Shown: positions 20,684 to 30,593 of the stretch, piece by piece
Layout: every line of letters starts with the position of its first letter
How positions within the stretch are numbered: the first letter of the stretch is position 1
Assembly (NCBI GenBank): GCA_030424595.1
Contig: JAUHWG010000011.1
Location: forward strand, 193,130-257,129
Source of the DNA: Polyangia bacterium
GTDB taxonomy: Bacteria > Myxococcota_A > Polyangia > Nannocystales > Nannocystaceae
Direction: 5' to 3'
DNA: 64,000 nt
Notes under the pieces: generated by a model
Database searches by the model: none
Seen by the model: only the letters and a program-made list of their open reading frames with translations
What the model was told of the DNA's origin: nothing
Translations under genes and position numbers: made by a program

Positions 20684-22543
20684 TCAGCGCTTGAGCTTGT
20701 AGCGGAACGAGACGCTCAGCGCCTCGTCGAGGGCGAGGAGCTTCTCAAAGTTCGTCGCCTTGCCCTGGAGCGGGAGGCTGACGGGGACCGGGACGGCGCC
20801 CTCGCCCAGGGAGCCGTTGTCGGCCTGGCTCTGGCCCTGCTGGGCGACCTCGGGGGAGGCGGTCTCGATGACGTAGACGTCGCCCTCGGGGATCGGATCG
20901 GATAGGTAGCGGACCTTGCGGAGGTCGCCGTCAAAGCTCCACTTGCGGATCTTCGTCCCGGTCGGCGAGTAGACCGTCCAGGCGACGTAGGTGCTCGGGG
21001 CGTCGGCGCGGGGGAGCTCGGCCTTGAAGGAGCCGCGCCCGTTCTTCGGGGTCTTCTCGCCGCTCTCGACGTAGACGACCTCGACGTTAAAGGCCGCCAG
21101 CGAGCCGCCTGAGGTCTGCGAGCGCAGCAGCGGGATCATCACCCGACCGTCGCCGGCCTTCGCCGGCTGGACCGCTCGGCCGCCGACCGAGACGCTCCAC
21201 AGCTCAGCCCCGCCGGGGAGCTCCAGGCGGAGGAACTGCCGCCGGTTGTTGCGGATCTGGTAGCGGACGGAGGTGATCCGCCGGCCCTCGGGGGTCCACA
21301 TCGTCCGCGCCCGGATCTGGTCCAGGATCGTCACCAGGACGTCGATGTCGTCGTGCTCGGCGATCTCGAGCGGCACGTCGACGTCGGCGCCGAGGTACTT
21401 GTAGCCGAGGAGCACGGGCTTGCTGGTGATCCCGAGGATCGCCGCCGGCAGCGAGCGGACGTCGACGGTCGTCGCCCCCTTCACCTTGCCGGCCGAGATC
21501 TCGTGGTTGCCGCGGGACTCGACGCCGATGTAGCCCTTCGAGCGCTCGACGTTCTGCGGGACGATGACCGGCGCCTCGAGCTTCTTGGAGCCCTCGCCGA
21601 TCACCTTCTCGAGCTCGATCCCGAGGCTGTAGCTGCCCTCGGCGGCGTAGTTGAGGACGACCCGGAGCTCCTCGCCCTCGAGCTTCCAGTCGCGGATACC
21701 GTTGCCGGTGACCGCCAGGATCGTCATCCCCTTGGGGACCTTGAGCCGAAGCTCGGACTGACCGGCGAAGAGGATCGTGTAGGCGACGCTGGCGTTCGCC
21801 TTCATCAGGCCCTCGCCGAGGCTGACGAGGGTGTAGACCTCGGAGTAGACCCGCGACTTCTGCTTGGCCGCCTCGGGGATCTCGCGCTGCCACTCGATCA
21901 CGAGCGAGCCGGTGGCGGGGAGGGTCGCCTCGACCAGGCGCTTGTCGCCCTCGATGCGGTCGGACTGGAGGCGGGCGTTCGCGACCGTGAAGTCGAGCTC
22001 GTCGCTCGCCGGCACCGCGAGGGTGACGGTCGTCGCCCCGGAGGGCACGAGCTCGAAGTTGACGTTGCTCTTGCCGGCGCTGGTCGAGATCCCGGCGGCG
22101 AACTCGAGCTCGAGCTCAAAGGCGCCAGGGCGCTTGGTGACGAGGGTGTAGTAGTCGTTCTCGATGACGACGGCGGCCTCCGCCCCGCCGACCGTCGCCG
22201 ACTGGAGGGCGACCGTCGCCGGCAGGATCGGCACCCGCACCCAGCCGTCCTTCTTCAGGTTCTCGATCCGCATCGTGGTCTTAAAGACGGCAGAGGTGGG
22301 ATCGCCCTCGGCGACCAGGACCTCGCCGGAGTAGCGCGCCGAGGCGATCGCGTAGTCGCGCGGGGACTTCTCGGCCTGGGCCAGCGCCTTGTTCGACTCG
22401 TAGAGCTTGAGGAACTCACCCAGCTTCATCACCACCCGCTCCGGTTCTTCGGCGTGGGCGAGGGTCGGGGTGAGCACGGCCCCGGCGGGGCTGAGGAGGG
22501 CGAGGGCGAGCACGAGGCTGCGGGTGGGGCTGAGCGTGTTCAT
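20684..22543 (-). CDS. Large secreted protein, paralog A of the tandem pair (distal gene of the three-gene envelope cluster)
   Basis: Signal peptide LVLALALLSPAGAVLTPTLAHA. Shares blocks with the 1044-aa neighbour: VTGNGIRDWKLEG / LTGNGIREWRRVG; SVRYQIRNNRRQFLRLELP...GRVMIPLLRS / RAHYEVRNERAAFLRVTPP...GAWLIPLRRS. Confidence 0.7.
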   Translation of the reverse strand: MNTLSPTRSLVLALALLSPAGAVLTPTLAHAEEPERVVMKLGEFLKLYESNKALAQAEKSPRDYAIASARYSGEVLVAEGDPTSAVFKTTMRIENLKKDGWVRVPILPATVALQSATVGGAEAAVVIENDYYTLVTKRPGAFELELEFAAGISTSAGKSNVNFELVPSGATTVTLAVPASDELDFTVANARLQSDRIEGDKRLVEATLPATGSLVIEWQREIPEAAKQKSRVYSEVYTLVSLGEGLMKANASVAYTILFAGQSELRLKVPKGMTILAVTGNGIRDWKLEGEELRVVLNYAAEGSYSLGIELEKVIGEGSKKLEAPVIVPQNVERSKGYIGVESRGNHEISAGKVKGATTVDVRSLPAAILGITSKPVLLGYKYLGADVDVPLEIAEHDDIDVLVTILDQIRARTMWTPEGRRITSVRYQIRNNRRQFLRLELPGGAELWSVSVGGRAVQPAKAGDGRVMIPLLRSQTSGGSLAAFNVEVVYVESGEKTPKNGRGSFKAELPRADAPSTYVAWTVYSPTGTKIRKWSFDGDLRKVRYLSDPIPEGDVYVIETASPEVAQQGQSQADNGSLGEGAVPVPVSLPLQGKATNFEKLLALDEALSVSFRYKLKR

Positions 22544-22567
22544 CGGCGGGTTGCCTTTCTTTTAGAG

Positions 22568-25500
22568 CTATCGGCTCTTGCGGCTCTTGCGGCGCTTGCG
22601 GGGCTTGCGGCCCGTGCGGCGCGGCAAGAGCGGCTCGCGGGCGGTGATCTCGACGCTGTAGGCGGCGTCAGGGGGGAGCAGGAGGCGTTGGTAGCGGATG
22701 GCCTCGCCGGCGGCGGGGATGACGACGGACATCGCCGAGGCTTGGACCTCGGGGGCGGCGAGGCGACCGAGCCCGCCTCGTCCCTCAGTCGCGTCGGGCT
22801 CGTCCGGGACGCCGTCGCTGTCGCTCTCGCCCTCTTCGTAGCTCTTCATCGCGACGTCGGCGGGGGGCGGCGCGGAGTCCTTGTCGGCCCGTCGCATGCT
22901 GCGGCTGCGGCGACGCTCCGCGCGGGATCGGATCTTGAGCACGGAGCTGCGACCGCTCGTCGAGGAGATCGCCGGGCGCTCGAAGAGCGAGGTCGTCGGG
23001 TCGGTCGTATCCTCGACGTACTCCTGGACGATCGCGGCGCGGGCACTGCCGAAGGCGGGCGAGCTGACGTTCGCGCCATCGACGGCATACTTGGTCTCGG
23101 CGCCGGTCGTCCCCGCGAGCTTGATCCCCGCGCTGTCGCGGCTCGCTGTCGGCGCGATGTCGACGACGCTGGAGAAGTCGCTGGTAGAGCCTACCGGGAT
23201 GTTGCGCGCCTCATCCCTCGAGACCCGGACGCCGTTGCTTGACGTGTTGGGGCTGGCGTCGCCATCGATGGGCGGCTCCGCGGTGACGCCGGGCGTCGAG
23301 GCTACGGGCGCTGGTCCGCTCAGCTGGGGCGGCTGGGTCGGCTGGGTCGGAGGCACCTCGGCGAGCTCCTCGACCGCGCCGACGCTCTGACCGTCGGGGC
23401 GGAGGAGCACGCCGTCGATGTTGTCGTCCTCGAAGCTGTAAAGGATCGTACCGCTGCCGCTGCCGTTGGGAGGAGCGCTACTACCACCACCGCCAGCGCC
23501 AGCGGCGTCAGCGGAATTCCCGTCACGAACGCCACCAGCGCGAGCGCCGAAGCTCGCGGGCGCCCTCTGCTTGTACGCCGGCTCCATCTCCTGCTCCAGC
23601 TCCTTCCGCTTCTTCTTGCTGCTGAAGCGGGAGCGGCGGGCCTTGGTCTTCTGCACGGAGGCGTAGCTGCGCTGGAGCTCGTCGTTGGTCGACCGCTGCT
23701 CGACCGACTCCTCCTGCTCCAAGAGGGCGAGGCGCTCGCCGAGCTCGATCGCCTGGGTGTACTCCGCCTCGGCCTTCTCGTAGTCGCCGGAGCGGCTGTA
23801 CTCCTCGGCCCTCTTCTTGCTGAGCTCCTGCCGCTGGATGTCCTCGGCGGCCCGGGCTTTGGCCTGCTCCTTGATCCGGCGCTCGATCGCCGCATCCCCG
23901 CCGGAGCTGCTCTTGTTCTTGTCCTCGCCGCCCTGGATCACGTCGAGGTTCGCCTGCAGACGCTCGATGTTCTCGTTCGACGCGCCGAGCTCGCGGAGGG
24001 CGTCGAGCTCCGCCTGCGCCCCCGCAAAGTCGTTGTTCATCCAGCTGCCGACCGCGTTTTGGAAGCGGGCGTCCGCCTCGGCGACGCCGACCTCGCCGAT
24101 GCCCATGCCGTAGTTGATCCCTTCGCCGCGGGTGAACTCGTCGACGACATCACCGTCGCCGGCCTTGACCCGGCTGGAGTAGCCGGGCGGCAGGTGGAGG
24201 GTGAGGCGGGTGACCGCGACCGGAGCGCTGACCGTCGGCAGCGGGAGGTCGCGGCGCTCCCGCCTGGCCCAAGCGGTCGACTCCCCCAAAAGGGTGACCT
24301 CGACCGGGAAGGAGAGCGCCCCCTTGACGGTCTCGATCGACCGCCGGAGCGGGATCAGCCAGGCGCCGTCCTCGTCGCGGGCGGGCAGGGCCGTCTCACC
24401 GGAGACCTGGGCCCCGAGGATCCGCATGCGGGGGGGCGGGGTGACCCGGAGGAAGGCGGCGCGCTCGTTGCGGACCTCGTAGTGGGCGCGCATCAGCGTC
24501 CGCCCCTCGCGGCTGGTGGCGACCGTGATCCCAGCGACGTCGACGACCACCGGCGGGCTCTCGACGGGGACGAAGCGGAGCAGCGAGAGCTCGCCGCCCT
24601 GGCCCTCGTTGGCCGTGTAGGCCGCGGTCGGCGTGCCCTCCACCAGGCCGCTGCCCCAGCTCGGGAGATCGGCGCTGGCGACCGCGGTCCAGGCCTTCAT
24701 CGTCGGGATCACCTCGATCTCGCTGTCGCGGGCGATCTGCACCGAGTGGGCCCCGCGGAAGACCTCCACGGGCGTGAGCCGCGGGATCGGCTGGCTGGAC
24801 TCGGTCGCCTTCGCCAGCGCCTTGGTCCAGCGGAGGTCGATCGCGACGCGGTCGCGGGTCGGCGCCTGGAGGTCGACCTCGATCCTGTCGCCGACCCGCC
24901 GCCACTCGCGGATCCCGTTCCCCGTGAGCTCTAAGTCCTCGCCGAGCTCGCGGGCCTCAAAGCTGACCCGATCGATCGCGCCGCGGAGGACGGTCCAGGT
25001 GAGCTGAGCCCGGCCGCGCAGATCGGAGTCGCCGACGGTGAGGCCGATCCCGGTGGTGGCGGTGACCAGGGCTGTGGTGTCCGCCGGCTGCCTCGGACGC
25101 TGGCTGATCGCGAGCCTGCCGGCGCCGGAGAGGATGACATCGCCGGCGCGGGCGGGCGGAAGCTCCGGCGTCTTCGGATCCTCGACGTGGAGGCGCTGGT
25201 CTTCGGGGGCGGGAGGGAGCGTGACGCGGCCGCTGACCGCGGCCATCAAGTCCAGCGTGAGCGGGGAGTTGGCCGGGTCGCCGACGACGAACGCCTCGAC
25301 CTCGAGCGTCGCTCGGTCGCGGACGTAGCCGGCGACGATCGTCATCTCATCGCTGCGGTCGATCGCCGCGGGGCGGCCGTTCCAGGTCGCCGAGCGGATC
25401 TCGACCCCGGGCCCGAGGAGGTCGCCGAGGAACCATCCGGGCTTGGCGCTGCGGATCCTCCAGCGCCCGCGGATCCGCAGGCCGTCCCCCTCGCGGAGGA

Positions 25501-25702
25501 GCTCGACGTCGCGGTCCGCGACCCACGGCCCGGGAGGGGCCATCTCTTCGGCGCCGGTCTGCACGTCCTGCCAGCGCGCCCCGTCGATCTCGACGGTGCC
25601 GCGAGGGGACGCGAACACGAGGACGCTGAGGAGGAGGGAGGGCAGCACGGTCGGAATCACCCTAGCGGGCCCAGGAGACGGCCGCGCCTGGGGGGTATTC
25701 AA
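22568..25702 (-). CDS. Large secreted protein, paralog B. Adds a long coiled-coil/low-complexity C-terminal extension and a highly basic tail.
   Basis: Signal-like N-terminus PTVLPSLLLSVLVFASP. Paralogous core to 20684..22543. Lys/Glu-rich coiled-coil region (KEQAKARAAEDIQRQELSKKRAEEYSR...). TonB-box-like VVDIAPTASRD. C-terminal RKPRKRRKSRKSR. Confidence 0.7.
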   Translation of the reverse strand: MNTPQARPSPGPARVIPTVLPSLLLSVLVFASPRGTVEIDGARWQDVQTGAEEMAPPGPWVADRDVELLREGDGLRIRGRWRIRSAKPGWFLGDLLGPGVEIRSATWNGRPAAIDRSDEMTIVAGYVRDRATLEVEAFVVGDPANSPLTLDLMAAVSGRVTLPPAPEDQRLHVEDPKTPELPPARAGDVILSGAGRLAISQRPRQPADTTALVTATTGIGLTVGDSDLRGRAQLTWTVLRGAIDRVSFEARELGEDLELTGNGIREWRRVGDRIEVDLQAPTRDRVAIDLRWTKALAKATESSQPIPRLTPVEVFRGAHSVQIARDSEIEVIPTMKAWTAVASADLPSWGSGLVEGTPTAAYTANEGQGGELSLLRFVPVESPPVVVDVAGITVATSREGRTLMRAHYEVRNERAAFLRVTPPPRMRILGAQVSGETALPARDEDGAWLIPLRRSIETVKGALSFPVEVTLLGESTAWARRERRDLPLPTVSAPVAVTRLTLHLPPGYSSRVKAGDGDVVDEFTRGEGINYGMGIGEVGVAEADARFQNAVGSWMNNDFAGAQAELDALRELGASNENIERLQANLDVIQGGEDKNKSSSGGDAAIERRIKEQAKARAAEDIQRQELSKKRAEEYSRSGDYEKAEAEYTQAIELGERLALLEQEESVEQRSTNDELQRSYASVQKTKARRSRFSSKKKRKELEQEMEPAYKQRAPASFGARAGGVRDGNSADAAGAGGGGSSAPPNGSGSGTILYSFEDDNIDGVLLRPDGQSVGAVEELAEVPPTQPTQPPQLSGPAPVASTPGVTAEPPIDGDASPNTSSNGVRVSRDEARNIPVGSTSDFSSVVDIAPTASRDSAGIKLAGTTGAETKYAVDGANVSSPAFGSARAAIVQEYVEDTTDPTTSLFERPAISSTSGRSSVLKIRSRAERRRSRSMRRADKDSAPPPADVAMKSYEEGESDSDGVPDEPDATEGRGGLGRLAAPEVQASAMSVVIPAAGEAIRYQRLLLPPDAAYSVEITAREPLLPRRTGRKPRKRRKSRKSR

Positions 25703-25764
25703 ACGTGGCGATGCTTGGGTCGATCTGCGACATCGGAGATCGGCAGAGAGAGCCCTCTAGGACG

Positions 25765-25807
25765 CCCTTTGAGGCCGAATCACGAAGTGAAGGGCGGCCT
25801 CAAAGGG
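25765..25807. other. Perfect 13-bp stem (CCCTTTGAGGCCG / CGGCCTCAAAGGG) with a 17-nt loop, between two co-oriented genes
   Basis: Read directly. No U-run on either strand, so it is not a canonical intrinsic terminator. Confidence 0.6.
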
Positions 25808-25895
25808 GGGCTGGTGGCGGGCTGGTGGGGCGCTGCGAGGAGCGTCGGCACTGGCCGGGTGTGAAGGACATCAGACTTGGCGCGCTCCAGAGGCC

Positions 25896-25943
25896 GGTCC
25901 TGGTCCTGGTCTTGGTCCTGGTCCTGGTCCTGGTCCGGGTCCG
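25896..25943. repeat. Hexanucleotide microsatellite (GGTCCT)n, about 8 units, intergenic
   Basis: ggtcctggtcctggtcttggtcctggtcctggtcctggtccgggtccg; read directly. Confidence 0.9.
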
Positions 25944-25990
25944 GGCGGTGACCAGGAGCTCGCCCGACAGGGTCCTTAGGGCGCAGCTCG

Positions 25991-28435
25991 CTAAAAGTGC
26001 AGCTTGAGGCGCTGCTTGATCAGCTTGCCGCGCGTCTTCGGGACGAAGGAGGCCTTCTTGAACTGGCGGTTCACACACTGGCGAAGGTTGCGGTCCATGC
26101 TGGAGTCGCCGACCCAGACCTCAGGGACAGTGCCGGTCGGCTCGTCGATCTCGACCTTCACCCGGACTAGGAGGCCTCGCTCGGCGAGCGGGCGGCACTC
26201 CTTGAGGGCGAGGAGCTCGGGCTGCGGGCTCTCTGGGGTGAGGGTCGCGACGCCGTAGAAGTCGCGGTCAGCGGCCACCGCAGGCTCCGCAGCGTCGTCC
26301 TCGGCCTCGGCCGAGTCCTCGTCATCACTACCGGGGAGAGGGGCCTCGCTGCCGATCGCGGCCGGGACCATCGACGCCTGGCTCGCCTTGATCTCGCTCG
26401 CCATCTCGGCGAGGGGGGCGGTGAGGCCTGCGCCGTCGCTGGCGGCGGGATCGGTGTTGACGCTGGCGACGTCGCCGGGGAGCGCCCAGTAGATGAGCAC
26501 GGCGACCGTCATCAGAGCCGCGGCGATGGCCATCGTCGGCCGACCGCGGCTGGAGCCGAGGCGGCGGCGATTGACGCGAGGACGACCGCTGCGGGTCCTC
26601 CTGCGGTCGAGGAGACGATTGGCGGCGACTCGGGCTCGGCCGACTGCGGCGGATGCCGCGGTCGCGGTCGCGGTCGCGGCCGTCGACGCAGCCGATGCCG
26701 CGGCGGTGGCCGAACGCCGGGCGCCCTTGCTCCATCGGGGATCGAGGCGTCGCTTCGGGTGTGGCCGGTTGATCGGGGCCTCCTCGAGCTCGTCACGATC
26801 GGGGGTCTCCGCCGGTGGGACGGCGGCGGCCGGGGGGAGGATCGCTGGGGCCGGAGCGGCAGCCCGCTTGACGGCGGTTGGAGCCGCGTTCGCGGGCTTC
26901 GCGGACCGGGTTGAGGCGGCGGTCGCAACGGTCTGCGGAGCCGCGTGGAGCGGAGCGGACGGCGTGCGATCGAGCGGAGGTGCGACCGGCGTGCCGGTGG
27001 GGCCTGTCCGCGGGCTCTGCGGTCCCGCCTCGACGCGCCGAGAGGGGGTCTCGGGGACCATCCGCCGCCGGCGACGTGCGGGCGTGTCCTCGCTCGTCGG
27101 CGGGACATGACGGTCGAAGAACTCCGCGAGGGAGACGTCCTCGGTGTGACCGTCGCTGTCGCTGCGGAGCTTCGATCCTCCGCCGATCGCCTCGGGGCTG
27201 GGCAGGTCGTCGAAGTTGAAGCGCATCGCGGCTCGCGGGGCCGGCGTGGTCACCTGGGCGGTGGCGGCGGGCCGGAGGGGCTGGGACGGGGCCGCGGGCG
27301 TCTGCGGCTTGGCGACGACCCGGGGCGCCTCGGGCTTGGCGATGGCCTCGGTCGCGCTCGTCGGCCGCGCGGGCTCCGGCGGCGGGATCACAGCCGCGGG
27401 CCGCATCGCCGCCTTCGGCGGCTCCTCTGCGCTCGGGAGCTCGAAGTCGGCGAAGGCCTCATCGATGTCGACGGCCAGGGACTCCTCGTCGCTGGAGGGT
27501 GCGTCGTCGAAGTCGACCGGAGGAAGGTCGCCGAGCTCCGGCTCGTCGCGCCCGCGACGGAGGGAAGAGGCGGCGCTGCGGAGCGAGGCGGCGGCGCCTC
27601 GGAAGCTCGCGGCGATGTCACGGACCGAGGAGGCGAGGGGGCCCGGGCGGGGCGTCTCGTCCTCGAGGTCGATGTTGAGGTCGTCGAGGTGGTCGAGCGG
27701 GTCGTCGTCGTCGTCGAAGGGAGCGCCGGCGAAGTCATCGGAGGCCTGCGGCTCGGAGGCTGCGGCGAAGGCGTCGCGGAGGTTGGTGGTCGGCCGCCAG
27801 GGCTCGGGAGCGGCGGGGGTCTCGGGGACCGGCGTCGGGGCGGCCGCGAGCGGCTCCGGGGCGTCGGCCTCAGGGGCGGTCTCCACGGCGGCGGGAGTGG
27901 CCGTGCGCTTCGCGGCGCGGGGCTCCACCGGAGCGGCTGCGGGTGTCGCCGTGCGCTTCGCGGGGAGGGGCTCCGTGACGATCTCGACGGGAGCAGCCAC
28001 AGCGGACGTGCTCGCGGGGGCCGCTGCGGTCTCGCTCGGCTCCTCGTCCTCGTCCTCGTCGAGCTCGATCTCCAGGCTGTGCTGCCCGGGCTTCACCGCT
28101 GAGATCAGCGCGAGCACGGTCGCGACCTCCTTCGACGAGACCTCAAAGCAGGTCGGCTCGCCGCGGGTGGGGAGGCTGAGCTGGACCGACCAGCTCTCGG
28201 CGAGGAGCATCGCCCGCTCGTTCGGATCGAGGTCGAGGCGACGGTAGGCCGCCCTCGCCGATCCGCGGGTCAGGACGATCAGCTCCCCGTGAAAGAGGAG
28301 GAGGTGGGTCTCCCCGAGGAGGCCGTCCGGGCCGCCTCGGAGGGGCACGTGGTGGGAGATCTGGGACTGATCGATCCCACGGGGCAGGTGCTCGAGCAGC
28401 TCCCCTGGCAGCGGGCGTATCGCCATAGCGGGCAC
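25991..28435 (-). CDS. Proline/alanine-rich single-pass membrane protein with a C-terminal AgmX/PglI-like (TonB-C-like) periplasmic domain. First gene of the envelope cluster.
   Basis: Cytoplasmic N-domain of about 120 aa. Long P/A/E-rich region with the repeat AKRTATPAA x2. TM helix MAIAAALMTVAVLIYWALPG. C-terminal about 80 aa LKECRPLAERGLLVRVKVEIDEPTGTVPEVWVGDSSMDRNLRQCVNRQFKKASFVP, with the same two-Cys architecture as the kinase C-terminus at 7350..7620. Confidence 0.65.
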   Translation of the reverse strand: MPAMAIRPLPGELLEHLPRGIDQSQISHHVPLRGGPDGLLGETHLLLFHGELIVLTRGSARAAYRRLDLDPNERAMLLAESWSVQLSLPTRGEPTCFEVSSKEVATVLALISAVKPGQHSLEIELDEDEDEEPSETAAAPASTSAVAAPVEIVTEPLPAKRTATPAAAPVEPRAAKRTATPAAVETAPEADAPEPLAAAPTPVPETPAAPEPWRPTTNLRDAFAAASEPQASDDFAGAPFDDDDDPLDHLDDLNIDLEDETPRPGPLASSVRDIAASFRGAAASLRSAASSLRRGRDEPELGDLPPVDFDDAPSSDEESLAVDIDEAFADFELPSAEEPPKAAMRPAAVIPPPEPARPTSATEAIAKPEAPRVVAKPQTPAAPSQPLRPAATAQVTTPAPRAAMRFNFDDLPSPEAIGGGSKLRSDSDGHTEDVSLAEFFDRHVPPTSEDTPARRRRRMVPETPSRRVEAGPQSPRTGPTGTPVAPPLDRTPSAPLHAAPQTVATAASTRSAKPANAAPTAVKRAAAPAPAILPPAAAVPPAETPDRDELEEAPINRPHPKRRLDPRWSKGARRSATAAASAASTAATATATAASAAVGRARVAANRLLDRRRTRSGRPRVNRRRLGSSRGRPTMAIAAALMTVAVLIYWALPGDVASVNTDPAASDGAGLTAPLAEMASEIKASQASMVPAAIGSEAPLPGSDDEDSAEAEDDAAEPAVAADRDFYGVATLTPESPQPELLALKECRPLAERGLLVRVKVEIDEPTGTVPEVWVGDSSMDRNLRQCVNRQFKKASFVPKTRGKLIKQRLKLHF

Positions 28436-28699
28436 AGTGTAGCGGAGGCGTCTACGACGGGAAGGTGGATTGCGTGGTGCGAGGATCGAGGTTGAGGCCG
28501 AGGTCGGCTCACCCTGCGGCGCCGGTGAAGCGGACGTCGCTCACCACTTGACCGACATGCCACGTCCTCCCCCCATCGCCAAATTTTTGCGTAGAGGCGA
28601 GAAACATGCCTCGGAGGGCCCTCTGTGGATCGTCTAGCGCCTCGCCGCAGGGTCTCGGAGGAGCCGCGGATCGGGGCCTGTGCGGCAGCTCTACAGGTT

Positions 28700-28800
28700 T
28701 TCACCGAGATCGGTTCATTGAGATCGGCTCAGGGAGATCGGCGCCTGGATCGAAAGCGCCGAGATCGGCCCGGGTGAGATCCGAGAGATCGAAGTCCTGG
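28700..28800. repeat. Array of about 6-7 degenerate 14-bp tandem repeats (core GAGATCGG) about 270-370 bp upstream of the cluster's first gene
   Basis: GAGATCGG at 28706, 28720, 28734 and 28761, with degenerate copies at 28747, 28786 and 28794. No credible ORF spans the 28436..29066 gap. Confidence 0.6.
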
Positions 28801-29066
28801 ATCAAGCAGATTTTTCTTCGGAGGCCCGGTCGCCCCGGGTGCAGGGCTGGGTGGCAGCCGCGACGCGCGGTGAGTCATCCGTGATCCATAGAGGTCGTGG
28901 GTATGGCGATGGCCGACGAGGCGTCCGAGCCGAGCGAGGTCACCTAGCCGGCGTGGGTGTGCCCGGAGACGACCGGACTCCTCGCCGACGAGCGAGGGCC
29001 CGAGCAGACGATGGGGGGACTGCTTCCCCGATGAGCAGGGGCATGCGCAGATCCGCGCGCAGCGCC

Positions 29067-30593
29067 TCAGGGGGCGTGAGCAGGCCTCTTCGGCGCCTTC
29101 TGCCGTCCTCGCAGCGCCGGCTCGGCCCGTCGCCAGCCGCCGGAGCTCTCCTCCAAAGCCTCGGCGACCGCCAGGGTGAGGTGGTCGGCGCCGCGGCGGC
29201 CGATCACCTGGACCGCGAGGGGGAGCCGGCGATCAAAGCCCATCGGCACCGTCGTCGACGGGAACTCGAGGACGTTGAAGAGCCCGGTGCAGACGAAGTC
29301 GAAGGGGGTCAGCAAGGGACCGTGATGCCGCGGCGCCGGCCTCGTGTAGGGCGGGAGGAGGAGCACTCCGTTGGACCCGAGGATGTCCTCGAGCTCCGCC
29401 TGCAGCACCTTGCCGGCGTCGACCATCGCCTGGACCTGGGAGGGGATCCAGCGGGTGAGCCCCTCGGCGGCGACGACCAGGAGCGCGGGCAGGGTGTGGT
29501 GCGAGCGGCCGACGAGGGCCTTCATCAGCTCCCGCACGGTCCTCAGCGGGACGCCGCCGCCGAGCAGCTCCGAGTAGCTCGGGCCCCCCGCCGCGGTCAT
29601 CATCGACGACCAGATCATGAAGGCCCGCCGCAGCGCGGCCTTGGGCAGCTCGGCGATCGTCGCCCCGCGATCGGCGAGGGCGTCGGCGGCGTTGCGGACC
29701 GCGAGGCGCATCGACGGCCGGACCCGAGGCCCCGGATCCTCGACCGGGAAGGCGACGACATCGGCGAGGTCGACCTCCCCCGGCTGGCCGAGCGACCAGG
29801 GGCGGGCGACCGGATCGACGCCGTCGGGGCCCGCGAGGATCCGCATCAGGGGCATCACGTCCCGGACTCGGCGGGTCAGCGGTCCGCAGACCAGGTAGGC
29901 GCTGAGCTCTCCCTCCGCCTCCGGCCAAAAGCCGGTGTTGGGGACCATGCGACCTGTCGGCTTGTGACCGACGACGCCGCAGAAGGCCGCCGGGATCCGG
30001 ATCGAGCCGCCGACGTCCGCGCCCAGGGCGAAGGGCACCCCGCCCGCGGCGACGATCGCCCCGTCGCCGCCGGAGGATCCGCCGCAGGTCCGGCTGATGT
30101 CCCAGGGGTTGCAGGTCCGCCCGTAGACCCGGTTGTAGGTCTCGAGCCAGAGGCCTCCCTCGGGCACGTTGGTGGTGCCGACGAGGATCGCCCCGGCGTT
30201 GCGGAGGCGGCGGATCGTCTCCGCGTCGGTCGTCGAACGAACATGTCTCCGCGACCAGACGCCGCCGGTCAGCGGCATGCCCTCGGCGGCGATGTACTCC
30301 TTGGCGGTGAACGGGATCCCGAGGAGCGGGGGCAGGGCGTCGGGATCGTCGGCGCTCATGATCCGCCGCTCGGCGGCGACGGCCTCGTGGCGCGCAGTCC
30401 CGTAGCGCTCGGCGATCACCGCGTTGATCAGCGGATTGACGGCTTTGATCCGTCGAATGTGATGGTCGAGCACCTCGACGGGCGAGACCTCTCGGCGGCG
30501 GATCTTGTCGGCGAGATCGGGGAGTGCACTGTCGAGAAGATCGTCCACGGAGGCCAATGTAGCGGACTTTCTGCGCCCGTTGTCATGGGCCAT
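29067..30593 (-). CDS. Amidase (amidase-signature family; Asp-tRNA/Glu-tRNA amidotransferase-A-like fold)
   Basis: AS signature GGSSGGDGAIVAAGGVPFALGADVGGSIRIPAAFCGVVGHKPT with the Ser-cisSer-Lys context. ATG at 30593. Confidence 0.85.
   Translation of the reverse strand: MAHDNGRRKSATLASVDDLLDSALPDLADKIRRREVSPVEVLDHHIRRIKAVNPLINAVIAERYGTARHEAVAAERRIMSADDPDALPPLLGIPFTAKEYIAAEGMPLTGGVWSRRHVRSTTDAETIRRLRNAGAILVGTTNVPEGGLWLETYNRVYGRTCNPWDISRTCGGSSGGDGAIVAAGGVPFALGADVGGSIRIPAAFCGVVGHKPTGRMVPNTGFWPEAEGELSAYLVCGPLTRRVRDVMPLMRILAGPDGVDPVARPWSLGQPGEVDLADVVAFPVEDPGPRVRPSMRLAVRNAADALADRGATIAELPKAALRRAFMIWSSMMTAAGGPSYSELLGGGVPLRTVRELMKALVGRSHHTLPALLVVAAEGLTRWIPSQVQAMVDAGKVLQAELEDILGSNGVLLLPPYTRPAPRHHGPLLTPFDFVCTGLFNVLEFPSTTVPMGFDRRLPLAVQVIGRRGADHLTLAVAEALEESSGGWRRAEPALRGRQKAPKRPAHAP

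Noticed and set aside
28700-28800. Possibility that the 14-bp repeat array, or the other tandem-repeat loci, is a CRISPR array
   Set aside because: Units are 11-14 bp with no unique spacers, and no cas genes are present. These are simple tandem repeats.
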